Below are positions 36,806 to 46,938 of a DNA stretch of 64,000 nucleotides, piece by piece. A program made the translations under genes and the position numbers. Source of the DNA: Candidatus Parcubacteria bacterium (GTDB taxonomy: Bacteria; Patescibacteriota; Patescibacteriia; UBA1558; GWA2-36-10); NCBI GenBank assembly GCA_018669975.1, contig JABHSK010000001.1:88394-152393 (forward strand), given 5' to 3'. Position 1 is the stretch's first letter. Every line of letters begins with the position of its first letter. The notes beneath the pieces were generated by a model. That model saw nothing but the letters and a program-made list of their open reading frames with translations. It did no database searches and had not been told where the DNA came from.

Positions 36806-37237
36806 TTAGTTTGATTGTTTATACTTTAAAAAATTTTCTATTGTTTTGTCATAGTCCTCTCCCAAATCCAGCTTTAAAGCTTCTTCTGGTTTTATCCAAA
36901 CATATTCTGTCAATTCATCTTTTTCTAAGACTACTTCTCCACCGTCAGACTGACAATAGATATCAAAATAAACAAAATGGGCTGGTCTTTCAAAATCTTT
37001 TGAATTAATCAATTCACCATAAGCAAAGGTAGCTATATACTTTACATCTAGACCAGTTTCTTCTTTTGCTTCACGAACCAGGGCATCTTTGATAGTTTCT
37101 CCTATTTCAACATGTCCACCTGGTAAAACCCATTTATCACTCCATTTTGGTGATTTAGCTAAAAGTATTTCACTCTTATTATTTTCAATAACAGATGAAC
37201 CTACTACTTCTATACCTTTGGGAAAAATTTTATTCAT
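36806..37237 (-). CDS. NUDIX hydrolase
   Basis: Nudix box GGHVEIGETIKDALVREAKEETGL. Confidence 0.85.
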   Translation of the reverse strand: MNKIFPKGIEVVGSSVIENNKSEILLAKSPKWSDKWVLPGGHVEIGETIKDALVREAKEETGLDVKYIATFAYGELINSKDFERPAHFVYFDIYCQSDGGEVVLEKDELTEYVWIKPEEALKLDLGEDYDKTIENFLKYKQSN

Positions 37238-37357
37238 AGTGTTTTTTAGTTTTTATGTATTCATTATATCAAAAAGCCCAGCAAATGCTAGGACTTAATG
37301 GTGGAGAGTACTGGATTGGTATGTTTTTGTCAAGAAAAAATAAACTTAACATTGACA

Positions 37358-37381
37358 AAACAAAAAACACCCAAAAGGGTG
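37358..37381 (-). terminator. Intrinsic terminator downstream of the tRNA fragment (minus strand)
   Basis: Minus-strand hairpin CACCCTTTTGGGTG followed by TTTTTTGTTTTG. Confidence 0.45.
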
Positions 37382-37385
37382 AAAT

Positions 37386-37428
37386 GGAGCCGTCACGCAG
37401 ACTTGAACTGCGGACCCCTTCCTTACCA
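37386..37428 (-). tRNA. tRNA 3' fragment (T-arm, acceptor 3' strand and encoded CCA). No matching 5' half, so likely an att-site remnant
   Basis: Minus strand reads ...GGTCCGCAGTTCAAGTCTGCGTGACGGCTCCA. T-stem CGCAG/CTGCG with loop TTCAAGT, acceptor 3' strand TGACGGC, discriminator T, then CCA. The required 5' acceptor strand GCCGTCA is absent within 100 nt upstream. Confidence 0.5.
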
Positions 37429-37571
37429 TAAATACACCTGGGGTATATTTATGATATTTGGTCTAATGTTAGCGCTAAATAGTAAGTTTATCGTATTTAA
37501 TTTATACCAGCCGGTGGACCTGTTTACCAACCAGGAGCTCCGAAAAATACTGCTCTATTATTGTATCAAAT

Positions 37572-38516
37572 CTAGAGCATATCGTCCATGTTCAAATCCT
37601 CTATATCACCTCTCATAGCATTACTAGGAATACAGCGTAAATAAGCCGCCGTCATACGTATATCTTTGTGTCCTAGAAGTTGTTTTATCTTCATAATATC
37701 TGAACCATTGTTAATCAAATTTATAGCAAAAGAATGCCTAAATCTATGAACATGAAATTTAACACCTGATTCCTCTACTATTTTAGTCACAGTATTTTTT
37801 AACCCATGCTCAGTAAACTTATTATCACTATTGTTTGATACAAAAAAATATTCTGTTTTATACCCTAGACTTTTACGCTCCTTTAAATAATCTTTTAAAA
37901 TGCTAATAAGCCTTCTGTTTAGAGGTATTACTCTGTTTATTTTTGATTTTGAAATCTCAGCCCTAACTGTCAATTCTTCTATATCAAAGTTAAAATCTAT
38001 TAACTTTAAGCCTAATAACTCACTTTTCCTTATTCCTGTGTATAAAAATAGATTAAAAATAGCCGTATTTCTCTTTCTTACCAAATTATTAATCCAATCT
38101 ATATTTATAACAATTGCTGAAAATATTTTATCCAGATCTTTTTTTTGGATAAATTTTTTGTCAGCATACTCTACATTTGGACACTTGATTTCTTTAAAAG
38201 GATTTTCCTTTATTTTCTTGTGTTTTTCCAGCCATACCATAAAAACATTTAACTTTGACCAATACGTAGCTGTTGTACTTCTTTTTATTCCAGTTTTAAT
38301 CTCTCCTCTACCAACTTCTCTTTCTCTTTGTTCTAGTCTTTTAAAAAATTTAACCATGGTTTCAGCTGATAAATCAGCCACTGTTACGCCAGGATTTAGT
38401 TTTAGAAATAAATTAAATGCGCCAACATAGCCTCTGATAGTAGTATCAGATAATTTACCGACATATTTACATTCTTCAATAAAATCTTGGTGTAAAAGTT
38501 TTAAATTTTTCTTCAT
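37572..38516 (-). CDS. int: Tyrosine recombinase / phage integrase
   Basis: C-terminal catalytic motifs HVHRFRHSFA and LLGHKDIRMTAAYL (R..HxxR..Y) with an N-terminal SAM-like domain. Confidence 0.9.
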   Translation of the reverse strand: MKKNLKLLHQDFIEECKYVGKLSDTTIRGYVGAFNLFLKLNPGVTVADLSAETMVKFFKRLEQREREVGRGEIKTGIKRSTTATYWSKLNVFMVWLEKHKKIKENPFKEIKCPNVEYADKKFIQKKDLDKIFSAIVINIDWINNLVRKRNTAIFNLFLYTGIRKSELLGLKLIDFNFDIEELTVRAEISKSKINRVIPLNRRLISILKDYLKERKSLGYKTEYFFVSNNSDNKFTEHGLKNTVTKIVEESGVKFHVHRFRHSFAINLINNGSDIMKIKQLLGHKDIRMTAAYLRCIPSNAMRGDIEDLNMDDML

Positions 38517-38530
38517 ATAAGCTAATTTAA

Positions 38531-38956
38531 TTACTCACTAGTGTTAGATGTTTTTGTCTGCTTACTATTCTCTATCATTCCCTTGTATTTTCTACACCTA
38601 TACTCAAGATTTAAACACGTTCTACAGCCCAAAATATGGCTTATAGGGTGTTTATATAGCTTACCTACCCTTTTATTACACATAGGACATTTAAACCAAT
38701 ATCTCAGCCCCTTATAGTTAGTCTTACTAGTATCTAAATCAATATTTAAACCTTCTAATTCAAGCTGAGAATTGATAATTAGCTCTTTCATCCCCGCTCT
38801 AACTTGTTTTAAATAATTAGAAATATTTATCTGAACACACTGATCAACTATATATTTTTTTCCTAAATTATTTGGGTTCAATGTTCTCATTTTCTTGTGT
38901 TTGATGATTATTAAATTGTTGATTCTGAGCAATAAAAGCATTTTTAGTTTTAACAT
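38531..38956 (-). CDS. Small zinc-ribbon protein (phage-like)
   Basis: CPMCNKRVGKL...GCRTCLNLEYRC Cys cluster. Overlaps the upstream ORF in the ORF track; the true start is probably internal. Confidence 0.45.
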   Translation of the reverse strand: MLKLKMLLLLRINNLIIIKHKKMRTLNPNNLGKKYIVDQCVQINISNYLKQVRAGMKELIINSQLELEGLNIDLDTSKTNYKGLRYWFKCPMCNKRVGKLYKHPISHILGCRTCLNLEYRCRKYKGMIENSKQTKTSNTSE

Positions 38957-39539
38957 TAACTTTTAGCTCTGGTTGTTTCATCTGCCTTAATGTTTCTAGA
39001 GCGGTAATAAAATGTCTATTAGCCCTATCAACTTCTTTGCCCATAACAGATATATAGTTATTAAGGAGGGCTGTTGTGTAATCCTTACCCGATGAATTAA
39101 TCAATAGCTTTGTTAAAGATAAATTTCTAGCATAAGCGCCAATAACCATATCTACCAATGCTTTTTCACTATAAGTCTTACAATTATATTCTTTGATTAA
39201 CTCCCTTCTTAAATTGATTATCAACCCTCTATATCTTACCTCTACTGATTCAACCATTGATAAATTATTCTCTATTCCGTAATCAATATTAAATTGAGAT
39301 ATTAAGCTTATCTCTTCCTCAGTTAAATCTTTAATCTTTTTGCCCTCTATATTAAGTTTTGGCATTACACGCTTACTTAATTGATCTAGAGTATTTTTGG
39401 GGTCACAATCAGTGTACCCATATTTTAATAAAAAATCTTTGGTTTCTTTACATACTTCTTCATCGCCTATCTTTCTATCCCATTCTTCTAGTTCTTTCTT
39501 TTTACTAACAGATGATTGTTTAGTTTTGTTTTTTGACAT
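38868..39539 (-). CDS. Hypothetical phage-like protein
   Basis: 223-aa ORF in a tightly packed minus-strand gene string. Confidence 0.5.
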   Translation of the reverse strand: MSKNKTKQSSVSKKKELEEWDRKIGDEEVCKETKDFLLKYGYTDCDPKNTLDQLSKRVMPKLNIEGKKIKDLTEEEISLISQFNIDYGIENNLSMVESVEVRYRGLIINLRRELIKEYNCKTYSEKALVDMVIGAYARNLSLTKLLINSSGKDYTTALLNNYISVMGKEVDRANRHFITALETLRQMKQPELKVNVKTKNAFIAQNQQFNNHQTQENENIEPK

Positions 39540-39786
39540 ATCTTTGTCTTTCTAATCTTTTATTTATATATTTCAGCATATCACCTGACTTCTCATTTTC
39601 TTTTATAAAATAATCAAATAGAGCTTCCGTAACTCTCAAAGCCATAATATTTTCTTTTATATCAGATACTCCTAATCCAACTTCACTGTTTTCCCAATTT
39701 TTTATTACTTCTCTATGGCCCGCCATTATAAGGTCAGAGCTATCCTGTTTAATTTGCTCTATTGTTTCTTTTGATACATCTTTCAT
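39520..39786 (-). CDS. Hypothetical protein (88 aa)
   Basis: ORF in the packed gene string. Confidence 0.45.
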   Translation of the reverse strand: MKDVSKETIEQIKQDSSDLIMAGHREVIKNWENSEVGLGVSDIKENIMALRVTEALFDYFIKENEKSGDMLKYINKRLERQRYVKKQN

Positions 39787-39801
39787 AGTTTTATTATTTA
39801 A

Positions 39802-40182
39802 TTATAATTCTTTTTCTAATTGCTCTAAGGACATAATATCAATTCCTTTCATCTTGTCTTCATGTTGCTGGTCTTTAAATTCCCTTATCGCCTTAGACCA
39901 TTTATCATATTGTATAGGGCAAGCAGAGACTTCAAGATATATTCCCCTACTTAAATCTGCTTTTGCTTCTTGAAATTGGGCATTTATTTCTTCTCTGCTC
40001 CCATAGAAGCGAACATCTAGCAAAATATCATTTCCTTTATTTGGTTTATAAAGAAATCCGATCAATTTTGTTTTGATATATTGAATATCATCTTTAATAC
40101 AAATGGCGTCTTTCGCTACAAGTAATTTTTCTTCCCAGCCTATTGAATATTTTTCTTTAAATTTAAGTATTTCGTCTTCCAT
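39802..40182 (-). CDS. Hypothetical protein (126 aa)
   Basis: ORF in the packed gene string. Confidence 0.45.
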   Translation of the reverse strand: MEDEILKFKEKYSIGWEEKLLVAKDAICIKDDIQYIKTKLIGFLYKPNKGNDILLDVRFYGSREEINAQFQEAKADLSRGIYLEVSACPIQYDKWSKAIREFKDQQHEDKMKGIDIMSLEQLEKEL

Positions 40183-40891
40183 ATTTCTGTATTAATCTAT
40201 TATTTAAATCTTCTATTTCTTCTTGTTCTGATTTAGGTTTATTCTTTAGCCGAGCAGTTATTTTATCTATTTTCCTATAAAGAGCGCTGGGGCTTTCAAT
40301 TATATACGGATATTCTTCAAAACTATTAGCTTGTTTGGCAAACTCAAGAAGCTTGGTCTTATCCCCAAACCTTTTAAGGAGTTTCTCAATATCTTTGTAG
40401 AGTGATTTATTATAGGAAACCCTATAATCAAATACTAAAGAAAGTTGTAATAGAATGTTGTTATATAATATATTATTGTCATTATTATCATTCTTGTTTA
40501 TCGGAGTGCTTCTCTGATGCTTCTCTGGTGCTTCTCTGGTGACATCTGTAGTGCTTTTGATGTCATAATAGTAGTTATTAAGTGTCTGAAAATAGTCATA
40601 TTTGAGGACTTTAATGGTAACGCCTCTAGTGCTTCTTACAGTGCTTACCATTCCCATATCCTTTAACCAACGTATACATTTCTTTATTTGGTCTGGTGTA
40701 GCCTTTGTAGATTCTTGAATCCAACTGTACTTCATAAAGCCATAACCTCTTTTAAACTGTTTAACATCCTTGTGGTTTACCCGATTCACTATATAAAACC
40801 AAATCTTAAACCATTTATCAGGTTTGTTATAAAAAATATCACTTTCACTTGTTTTTCTTGCCCAGATCGTGGCCCCACCTTTAATTTTCAT
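40163..40891 (-). CDS. Putative replication initiator / winged-helix DNA-binding protein (weak call)
   Basis: 242 aa. A basic N-terminal region resembles phage and plasmid replisome organizers. No strict motif. Positioned like a rep gene downstream of the integrase module. Confidence 0.35.
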   Translation of the reverse strand: MKIKGGATIWARKTSESDIFYNKPDKWFKIWFYIVNRVNHKDVKQFKRGYGFMKYSWIQESTKATPDQIKKCIRWLKDMGMVSTVRSTRGVTIKVLKYDYFQTLNNYYYDIKSTTDVTREAPEKHQRSTPINKNDNNDNNILYNNILLQLSLVFDYRVSYNKSLYKDIEKLLKRFGDKTKLLEFAKQANSFEEYPYIIESPSALYRKIDKITARLKNKPKSEQEEIEDLNNRLIQKYGRRNT

Positions 40892-40902
40892 ATAAATTTA
40901 AT

Positions 40903-41145
40903 TTACTTTTTATTAGAAAAGAGCATCTGCCGCAAAGTCTTTAAAGCTTCATCATAATCCTTGATATTCCCCTTAAGATCACCATTGATGAAAGCTGTTA
41001 ATGTTTCTTGAGCTGCCCCATTATCGCTAAAAATGAACCACCCTACGCCATCCTCCCAAATAACATCTATTAGCTTATAATTTTGTGATTTAAGTAATGC
41101 TGAGTAACTAAGGTCTTTAAGTCTCAGATCTTTTTTCTTCTTCAT
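40903..41145 (-). CDS. Hypothetical protein (80 aa)
   Basis: ORF. Confidence 0.4.
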   Translation of the reverse strand: MKKKKDLRLKDLSYSALLKSQNYKLIDVIWEDGVGWFIFSDNGAAQETLTAFINGDLKGNIKDYDEALKTLRQMLFSNKK

Positions 41146-41394
41146 TTTTTTCTATATTACTATTTAAATCTTCGACGCGAAGCAACTGGGACAAAGCTAA
41201 AAATATAAGCCTCTCTCTATCTTCAGGCTTTTTATTAGATTCTATATATTGTGTTTGAAATTCGTTCATAAAAAATTAAGCTTCTTTATATTATGAACTT
41301 TACAGCACCTAAAAGAATATGTTGAATAAAGAAAAATACAAAAAAAGCGGCTAATATAAGCCACTTAAAATTCGCTATCCACTCTACCTATTTT

Positions 41395-42195
41395 TTATTC
41401 TATTAATTCTAAATTTAAACTAAATGCTTTACCTTTTTGTTCTGGTATAATCAATTGATTATAGCCTGTTCTATCATTAATATCTTTTTTTAATTCCGAC
41501 AATTTGCCTTTCCAAGAAGGACAATGTTGTTGTACATATTTATTTGCTTTATGGTTATAATAAATATTATCTTCATTATAATTTTTGAATATATATTCTG
41601 CTAACCTACATTTAGCAGCACCTCTCTTAAAAGACATCTTTTTGTTAGCTTTAGTTATAACTGTGTAATAATCTTCAGTCTCTTTAATTTTAAAAGGTAA
41701 TGATTCATCTTTATCCATTTTTTCAAGGCTATCCATTATGAGATTGTGAAGCTTTTGTATATTATAGAGGTCATCTTTCAACTCCTTCTCCGAAAAACTG
41801 GAAAAACTTTGGGTAGAAAGAGCAGACTCAAATTCTTTCTTTGTTTCCTCTACTTCATCAATAACCACTTCTTTAAGTGTCTTAAAGTATGCCTTATATA
41901 ACCCTAGCTCCTTTTCTAAACTTTTTGACATAAATGAAGGGGGTTGTGGCTTGCTCTTTCTATCGATAGCCCTAGCTAACTCGCCACCCATATAGAACCT
42001 TAATAATAATTCTAGGGTGGCTTTATATATTTGACCATCAAAAAAAAGTTTTTGAATTATATCACCAGTAATTTTGTTCCTACAAATATAGTCTATATAA
42101 TCACTTTCAATAAAAACGAAATAATAAGTATCATCTTTATATTCTTTTAGTGCTTGAAAACGTCTTTCTAGACTTTCTTTTGTTAAATTATTCAT
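41395..42195 (-). CDS. Hypothetical protein (266 aa)
   Basis: ORF. Helical, with no recognized motif. Confidence 0.5.
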   Translation of the reverse strand: MNNLTKESLERRFQALKEYKDDTYYFVFIESDYIDYICRNKITGDIIQKLFFDGQIYKATLELLLRFYMGGELARAIDRKSKPQPPSFMSKSLEKELGLYKAYFKTLKEVVIDEVEETKKEFESALSTQSFSSFSEKELKDDLYNIQKLHNLIMDSLEKMDKDESLPFKIKETEDYYTVITKANKKMSFKRGAAKCRLAEYIFKNYNEDNIYYNHKANKYVQQHCPSWKGKLSELKKDINDRTGYNQLIIPEQKGKAFSLNLELIE

Positions 42196-42287
42196 ATCAT
42201 TTACATATAATTTACCTTAATCCTATATTTTATTCACAAATTGGTCAAACTAAAAAACCACCCTATTAAGGGTGGCTTTTATGGTAT

Positions 42288-43745
42288 TTAATATTTATAC
42301 TCAATATTTTGAATATTCTGTATAATACCCTGATTAGCATAAACACCTTGTTGTACCCACGTTGGCTGACCTAAAACACAAAGAGTATCATTGATTTCTG
42401 CTAAAGCGAGTCCACCAGAATTTCCAGCATCTATTGAGGTAGTGGTGAAATATTCAGTATAAGGAAGGCTGGCGTGTACATTTAGATAGCCACTTATAAT
42501 ACCTGTTGTAATAATTTTAGAGACCTGTGGTATTGGGATTGGTATACCCTCTTTTATCTTACTAGTCATACCAGAGGCAGGATAACCAATAACGAATACA
42601 TTAGTAACCATTGGTGTAGATTCTTGGCAATAAGAAGTAGAAGAGAGACTAACTATGTAATTAAGTTCAGAAATTTCAGCAAATTGTGCGTGTATGCTTT
42701 CTAAGATTTCAGGGGTGTCGGTTATATAGTGTCGTTTTTCCATAAGTTCTAATAAGGCAAAATCGGTATAGTCATTGAACTTAGAATATGAGGGTCCATC
42801 GGTACGGTACCATCCAATAATCTTGTTGTCTGCTGTATAGACACCAGCATTACAGTGAGAAAAATCAGGATCATCTATTACGTGGTGATTTGTTGCGACG
42901 AAATATTTAATAGGTCCAGTTGTTTCTATCTTAGTCTTATAAAGATACCCACTGCCATTACCAAACTCTTCTTCGCCAGTAGTAGTATCACGGTAGCATT
43001 CAAGGCGAACAACAGCTGACAGAAAATCATTAACTGTTAATTTTTGATTAGTATTAACGGTGGTTTGTGGTTGAGATGATTTATAGTTAACAGTCGTTAA
43101 TGTATTTATTTTACCTGAAAGAGCAGGGCCTAAAGGGTAAGTAGATATAGTATCTAACTCTAAAATATTGTCAGCTGTGAGATTATTGTAACTGAGAGAG
43201 TTAACATCAAAAGCACGTCGTTTACCCTCTTCAATATAGTAATAAGTATTTCCAGTTTTTACGACAGTTCCCGTAGGTAGTGTATTACTTAATTCTGGAC
43301 CAATAGTGTAGCTAACACTAAAAAACCCCGGTAAAACATCTTGGACTAGGGTGTACCAAGTAGGGCCATAGAGATTTTCAGCTGTCTGTGCATCCTTTAA
43401 CCAACGAATGATACCACCAGGCTCCACACCGTAAATTTTAGCTGTATCTGAATGAGTGATAAGTCTTACTCCTCCACGATAGGGAACTGTTCCACCATCT
43501 GGGTATTCATCTAATACACTTAAACTTACTTTTTTCACATTGTCAAAGTTTTCATACCAAGTAAAATAGGTTTTACTGTCTGGAAAAATATACTTTTTTC
43601 CGTCAGAGCCTATATAATAGACAGTAGCTGCTTCCACTCCCTCTCTAGCAATAAGAGCTCCCGCTGAATAAGTTGCTGCTTCTACTTTATAGAAATTAGG
43701 AAGTACTAATAGTAGAAACAGACTAATAATAAACAATTTTTTCAT
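42288..43745 (-). CDS. Secreted trypsin-like (S1 family) serine protease with N-terminal beta-rich domain
   Basis: Signal peptide. The C-terminal half has the catalytic-triad context TNHHVIDD (His), ...D..., and GNSGGLAL (Ser, GDSGG-like). Confidence 0.65.
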   Translation of the reverse strand: MKKLFIISLFLLLVLPNFYKVEAATYSAGALIAREGVEAATVYYIGSDGKKYIFPDSKTYFTWYENFDNVKKVSLSVLDEYPDGGTVPYRGGVRLITHSDTAKIYGVEPGGIIRWLKDAQTAENLYGPTWYTLVQDVLPGFFSVSYTIGPELSNTLPTGTVVKTGNTYYYIEEGKRRAFDVNSLSYNNLTADNILELDTISTYPLGPALSGKINTLTTVNYKSSQPQTTVNTNQKLTVNDFLSAVVRLECYRDTTTGEEEFGNGSGYLYKTKIETTGPIKYFVATNHHVIDDPDFSHCNAGVYTADNKIIGWYRTDGPSYSKFNDYTDFALLELMEKRHYITDTPEILESIHAQFAEISELNYIVSLSSTSYCQESTPMVTNVFVIGYPASGMTSKIKEGIPIPIPQVSKIITTGIISGYLNVHASLPYTEYFTTTSIDAGNSGGLALAEINDTLCVLGQPTWVQQGVYANQGIIQNIQNIEYKY

Positions 43746-43945
43746 AGATTTAATTTAAATTTTAATATCTTTAGTATAACAAAAAACTGCTTGTTTATAA
43801 AGCAGTTTTTTATCAGGGGCAATATATAAATGAACTATAATAATAATTCTATTTCATGCCTTAAAAGTGTGGGTTGGTGTCCCTAATACCAATTAATTAG
43901 AGTACACAAAAACCACCCGTTAAGAGTGGTCTTTGTTAAAATAAA

Positions 43946-44221
43946 TTAAAGTCTAATTAACCAAATATCATTATATCCAAAACCATATGACTCTGTGTTT
44001 GCAACTACAACATACCCACCATCTGTGGTTTGTAGTATAGCCTCTCCTTTATCACGTGGCGCCTCACCATAAGCTTGATTCCATTCCTCTATACCATTAG
44101 AGTCTGTTTTTATAACTAGCACATCATAAGTGTTCCCAAGTTCTGAAAAAATTCCACCGGTCATAACATAACCACCGTCCGTAGTTTGTTGTACAAATTC
44201 ACACTCTGCGTGTTCGCCCAT
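43946..44221 (-). pseudogene. Fragment of a beta-propeller repeat protein (TTDGGYV repeats), truncated at both ends
   Basis: 91-aa ORF with two QTTDGGYV(M/V) repeats. No signal peptide or start context. Flanked by non-coding AT-rich DNA. Confidence 0.35.
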
Positions 44222-44524
44222 ACCAAATATTTGATGCCCTACATCAACTCCAGACGAGAGCTAAATTGATTTGTTTTGATATGAATAGACCCCCATACCC
44301 CGATTTTGTTTTAAAAAAATATTTGCCCACCCCTTCAAAAATTTATACTATTTTTTAAAATGAGTTTAAAAACATACTTAATATATATTAAATCTACTAA
44401 TCTTTTATTTTAAAATCATAACTCTTACCAACTCCCTTTCCTTTACCAAATTTTCTTAAAACAAAACTTTTTTACCTATTATTATTCTGATATATCCGAA
44501 TCCTTACAACCATTGACACAATGA

Positions 44525-44686
44525 TTAAAAGTAATAATATTCCTCGTCCTCTTCTTCTTTCTCTGGTTCTACCTCATATCCCATAGCTATTGCAATTTCT
44601 CTACATTCCTGTTTACATTGATCGCAAAAGTCTTCGTGGCTATGATTATTTAGGCTCCACCTCTTACATTCTTTACACTGTTTCAT
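44525..44686 (-). CDS. Small zinc-ribbon protein (53 aa; CxxC...CxxC, acidic tail)
   Basis: Minus-strand MKQCKECKRWSLNNHSHEDFCDQCKQECREIAIAMGYEVEPEKEEEDEEYYYF*. Below the ORF-track cutoff. Confidence 0.35.
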   Translation of the reverse strand: MKQCKECKRWSLNNHSHEDFCDQCKQECREIAIAMGYEVEPEKEEEDEEYYYF

Positions 44687-44740
44687 ACTAATTTATTACT
44701 AACCCCTCACTTCTTTCCAATACTTCAATTTATTTTAATA

Positions 44741-45274
44741 TTATCTCCAACTAATTTCTTTTATCTCATCTCCTACTATTATAAATACAAAAGATGAATT
44801 GTCACTAACAACATCAATATTTATATTATCTGGTAACTTATCTAATATATACTCTGAAAAAAAATCTTTATAGTTTAAATCTTTTGGATATGATCGTAGA
44901 TACCACTCTGCACATGGTCCATTATCATAACACCGTGGACTAACTTCAATTATAGAACTGGGAAATTCATAATAATAGTGAATCCATGTTTTATCCTCCT
45001 CATCTTTTTCTGTTGGTTCGCCAAAAATATCTTCTACTGGTCCTATTTCTGTTATAGGCTCAAAATAATGGAACATATCCTCTTTTATTTTCCGCATCAA
45101 CTGTGAATTGTTATTAACTCTAATTATAGCTGTGTTCTTGTGTATTAAAATATCTTCAATGCCATCTTTATTTATTTTAATAACTTTTGTTCTTTGAGTG
45201 TAAAAGAAAAACACACCACCAAAAATAATTATAATGACTAATATCAAAAATTCTATTTTATATATATTTTTCAT
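44741..45274 (-). CDS. Membrane-anchored protein, paralog A of a duplicated family
   Basis: 177 aa with an N-terminal TM helix. Shares MK(N/R)IYKIEF.IL.III..GG.FFFYTQRT.VIKINKDGIE.ILIH.NTAII... with 46464-46928. Confidence 0.55.
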   Translation of the reverse strand: MKNIYKIEFLILVIIIIFGGVFFFYTQRTKVIKINKDGIEDILIHKNTAIIRVNNNSQLMRKIKEDMFHYFEPITEIGPVEDIFGEPTEKDEEDKTWIHYYYEFPSSIIEVSPRCYDNGPCAEWYLRSYPKDLNYKDFFSEYILDKLPDNINIDVVSDNSSFVFIIVGDEIKEISWR

Positions 45275-45578
45275 ATATTTGTTTGATACTTATTTTTTTT
45301 CTTTGGTTTTAGTTGCACCTATTACAATTAACCATAATATGCCGAGTGGTATTAGGCCTAATTCAATATTTTTGCTAGATAAAAGCCATGCATAAACAAG
45401 AATATAAATTATAGTCACTAGTATTAAATACAAAATTCTTTTAAAACTTGGTTTTTTCATATAATTGATTTAATTATTTTTCTTTAACTCTTTATACCAT
45501 TGATTAGATGTTGTTAATCCTTATATTTAGTGGGCTTATATATAAATATAGCTGTGTATACACACCTGGATCTTATAA

Positions 45579-46259
45579 TCATTTAAACTCATCATCAATT
45601 CTATATTTCAAACTGCCATATTTAACTTTTGTTTCTAAAATAATATGAGGCCCACCCTTTTTTTTAAATTCTTCTTCATCAGATTCTTCTTTATCAGATT
45701 CAATAAATAATCCTTCGTATATGTGTGCTTGAATTATATCTCCTTTTTTTAAATTTTGTTTTATTTCAAGAGCACCCCCATAACTGCTTGTGCACAAAAA
45801 AACATCTTTTTTTTGAAATGGACTAATCTTATTATATAAAATTTTATTATTAATTTTAATAAGAACCTCACCTTGTTGTTGCATTCTTATTTTTTCATTC
45901 GAAGTATCAAAAAAATTGGGAATACTGGTAGCTTTAACAATGATACAGCTCCCTTTTTTTGGTACACATTTTACATTTAAGCTCCACCCTGCCTTATAAT
46001 TTTTTTTATATAGTTCTTTTATCTTACTTGTTAATCTTACTAGCTTTATACAATCATCAGAAAATAGAAGTATCAAAGAGCCTATACCTATAAAAAAAAT
46101 ATATGTAATAGCTAAACCTACTGGAAGGCCAATAAATATTGCAAACATTGCATCTTTGTCAATTGTATAAAATACTAAAGTAATTATAGCAATCAAGGAT
46201 AAATACCTAAAATATTGATTAAAGGCCTTTGATAAAGAATTTTTACTATTATCAGACAT
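45579..46259 (-). CDS. Hypothetical membrane protein (2 TM helices)
   Basis: 226-aa ORF. Confidence 0.5.
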   Translation of the reverse strand: MSDNSKNSLSKAFNQYFRYLSLIAIITLVFYTIDKDAMFAIFIGLPVGLAITYIFFIGIGSLILLFSDDCIKLVRLTSKIKELYKKNYKAGWSLNVKCVPKKGSCIIVKATSIPNFFDTSNEKIRMQQQGEVLIKINNKILYNKISPFQKKDVFLCTSSYGGALEIKQNLKKGDIIQAHIYEGLFIESDKEESDEEEFKKKGGPHIILETKVKYGSLKYRIDDEFK

Positions 46260-46463
46260 TAATTTATATTAAATTATTTTTCTATCTTTATAACCTCTAG
46301 GGTTGGTATATATACTTTACTTACTTTGTTTAGGGTAGTTTAGTGGCAATTTCACTAGTATCCTTGCAAGTACGAACTATATCACCTATTGCGGGCAATA
46401 ATGGTGTAGGAGGACTTAAAGCATGAGTTTTAGTATCTATATCAGCATCAGCAAGTAAATTCA

Positions 46464-46928
46464 TCAATAAAACAAAAACGTCGCCTGTGTAGATAGTTTT
46501 AATAGGTATTCTAAGTAAAGGAAGACCAGAAAGTAGCTTAAATCTTTGGGATAAGAATACAAATGCCACTCAGCACATGGTTCATTGTCATAGCATAAAG
46601 AATAAACACCTACTGTAGAGTTAGGAAAATCATAATAAAACTCTGGGAACGTCTCATCAACCTCATCTGCAGTGCCGAAGATGTCCTCTATTAATTCCCT
46701 CTTTGTAATTGGTTCAAAAGAATGAAATAAATCTTCTTTTATTTTTCTTATCAACTCGGAATTATCATCAGCTTTAATAATAGCTGTGTTGCCATGTATT
46801 AAAATACTCTCGATGCCATCTTTATTTATTTTAATAACATCTGTTCTTTGAGTATAAAAGAAAAACATGCCACCTAATATTATTATAATAGCTAATATGA
46901 AAAATTCTATTTTGTATACCCTCTTCAT
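46464..46928 (-). CDS. Paralog B of the 44741-45274 family, C-terminally diverged or frameshifted
   Basis: About 60% identical to paralog A over the first 140 aa. After YPKDL it continues in a different frame relative to copy A (a 46330-46569 ORF lies in another frame), which suggests a decayed copy. Confidence 0.45.
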   Translation of the reverse strand: MKRVYKIEFFILAIIIILGGMFFFYTQRTDVIKINKDGIESILIHGNTAIIKADDNSELIRKIKEDLFHSFEPITKRELIEDIFGTADEVDETFPEFYYDFPNSTVGVYSLCYDNEPCAEWHLYSYPKDLSYFLVFLYLEYLLKLSTQATFLFY

Positions 46929-46938
46929 TGTGTTGTAT

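Noticed and set aside
37386-37470. Possibility of an intact tRNA gene at this position
   Set aside because: The T-arm, acceptor 3' strand and CCA are perfect. However, the complementary 5' acceptor strand (GCCGTCA) and D and anticodon arms cannot be found in the 100 nt upstream on the minus strand. It is interpreted as an att-core fragment.
37298-37618. 106-aa plus-strand ORF spanning the tRNA fragment and the integrase 3' end
   Set aside because: Runs across a terminator and the tRNA-like sequence. No start context, so spurious.
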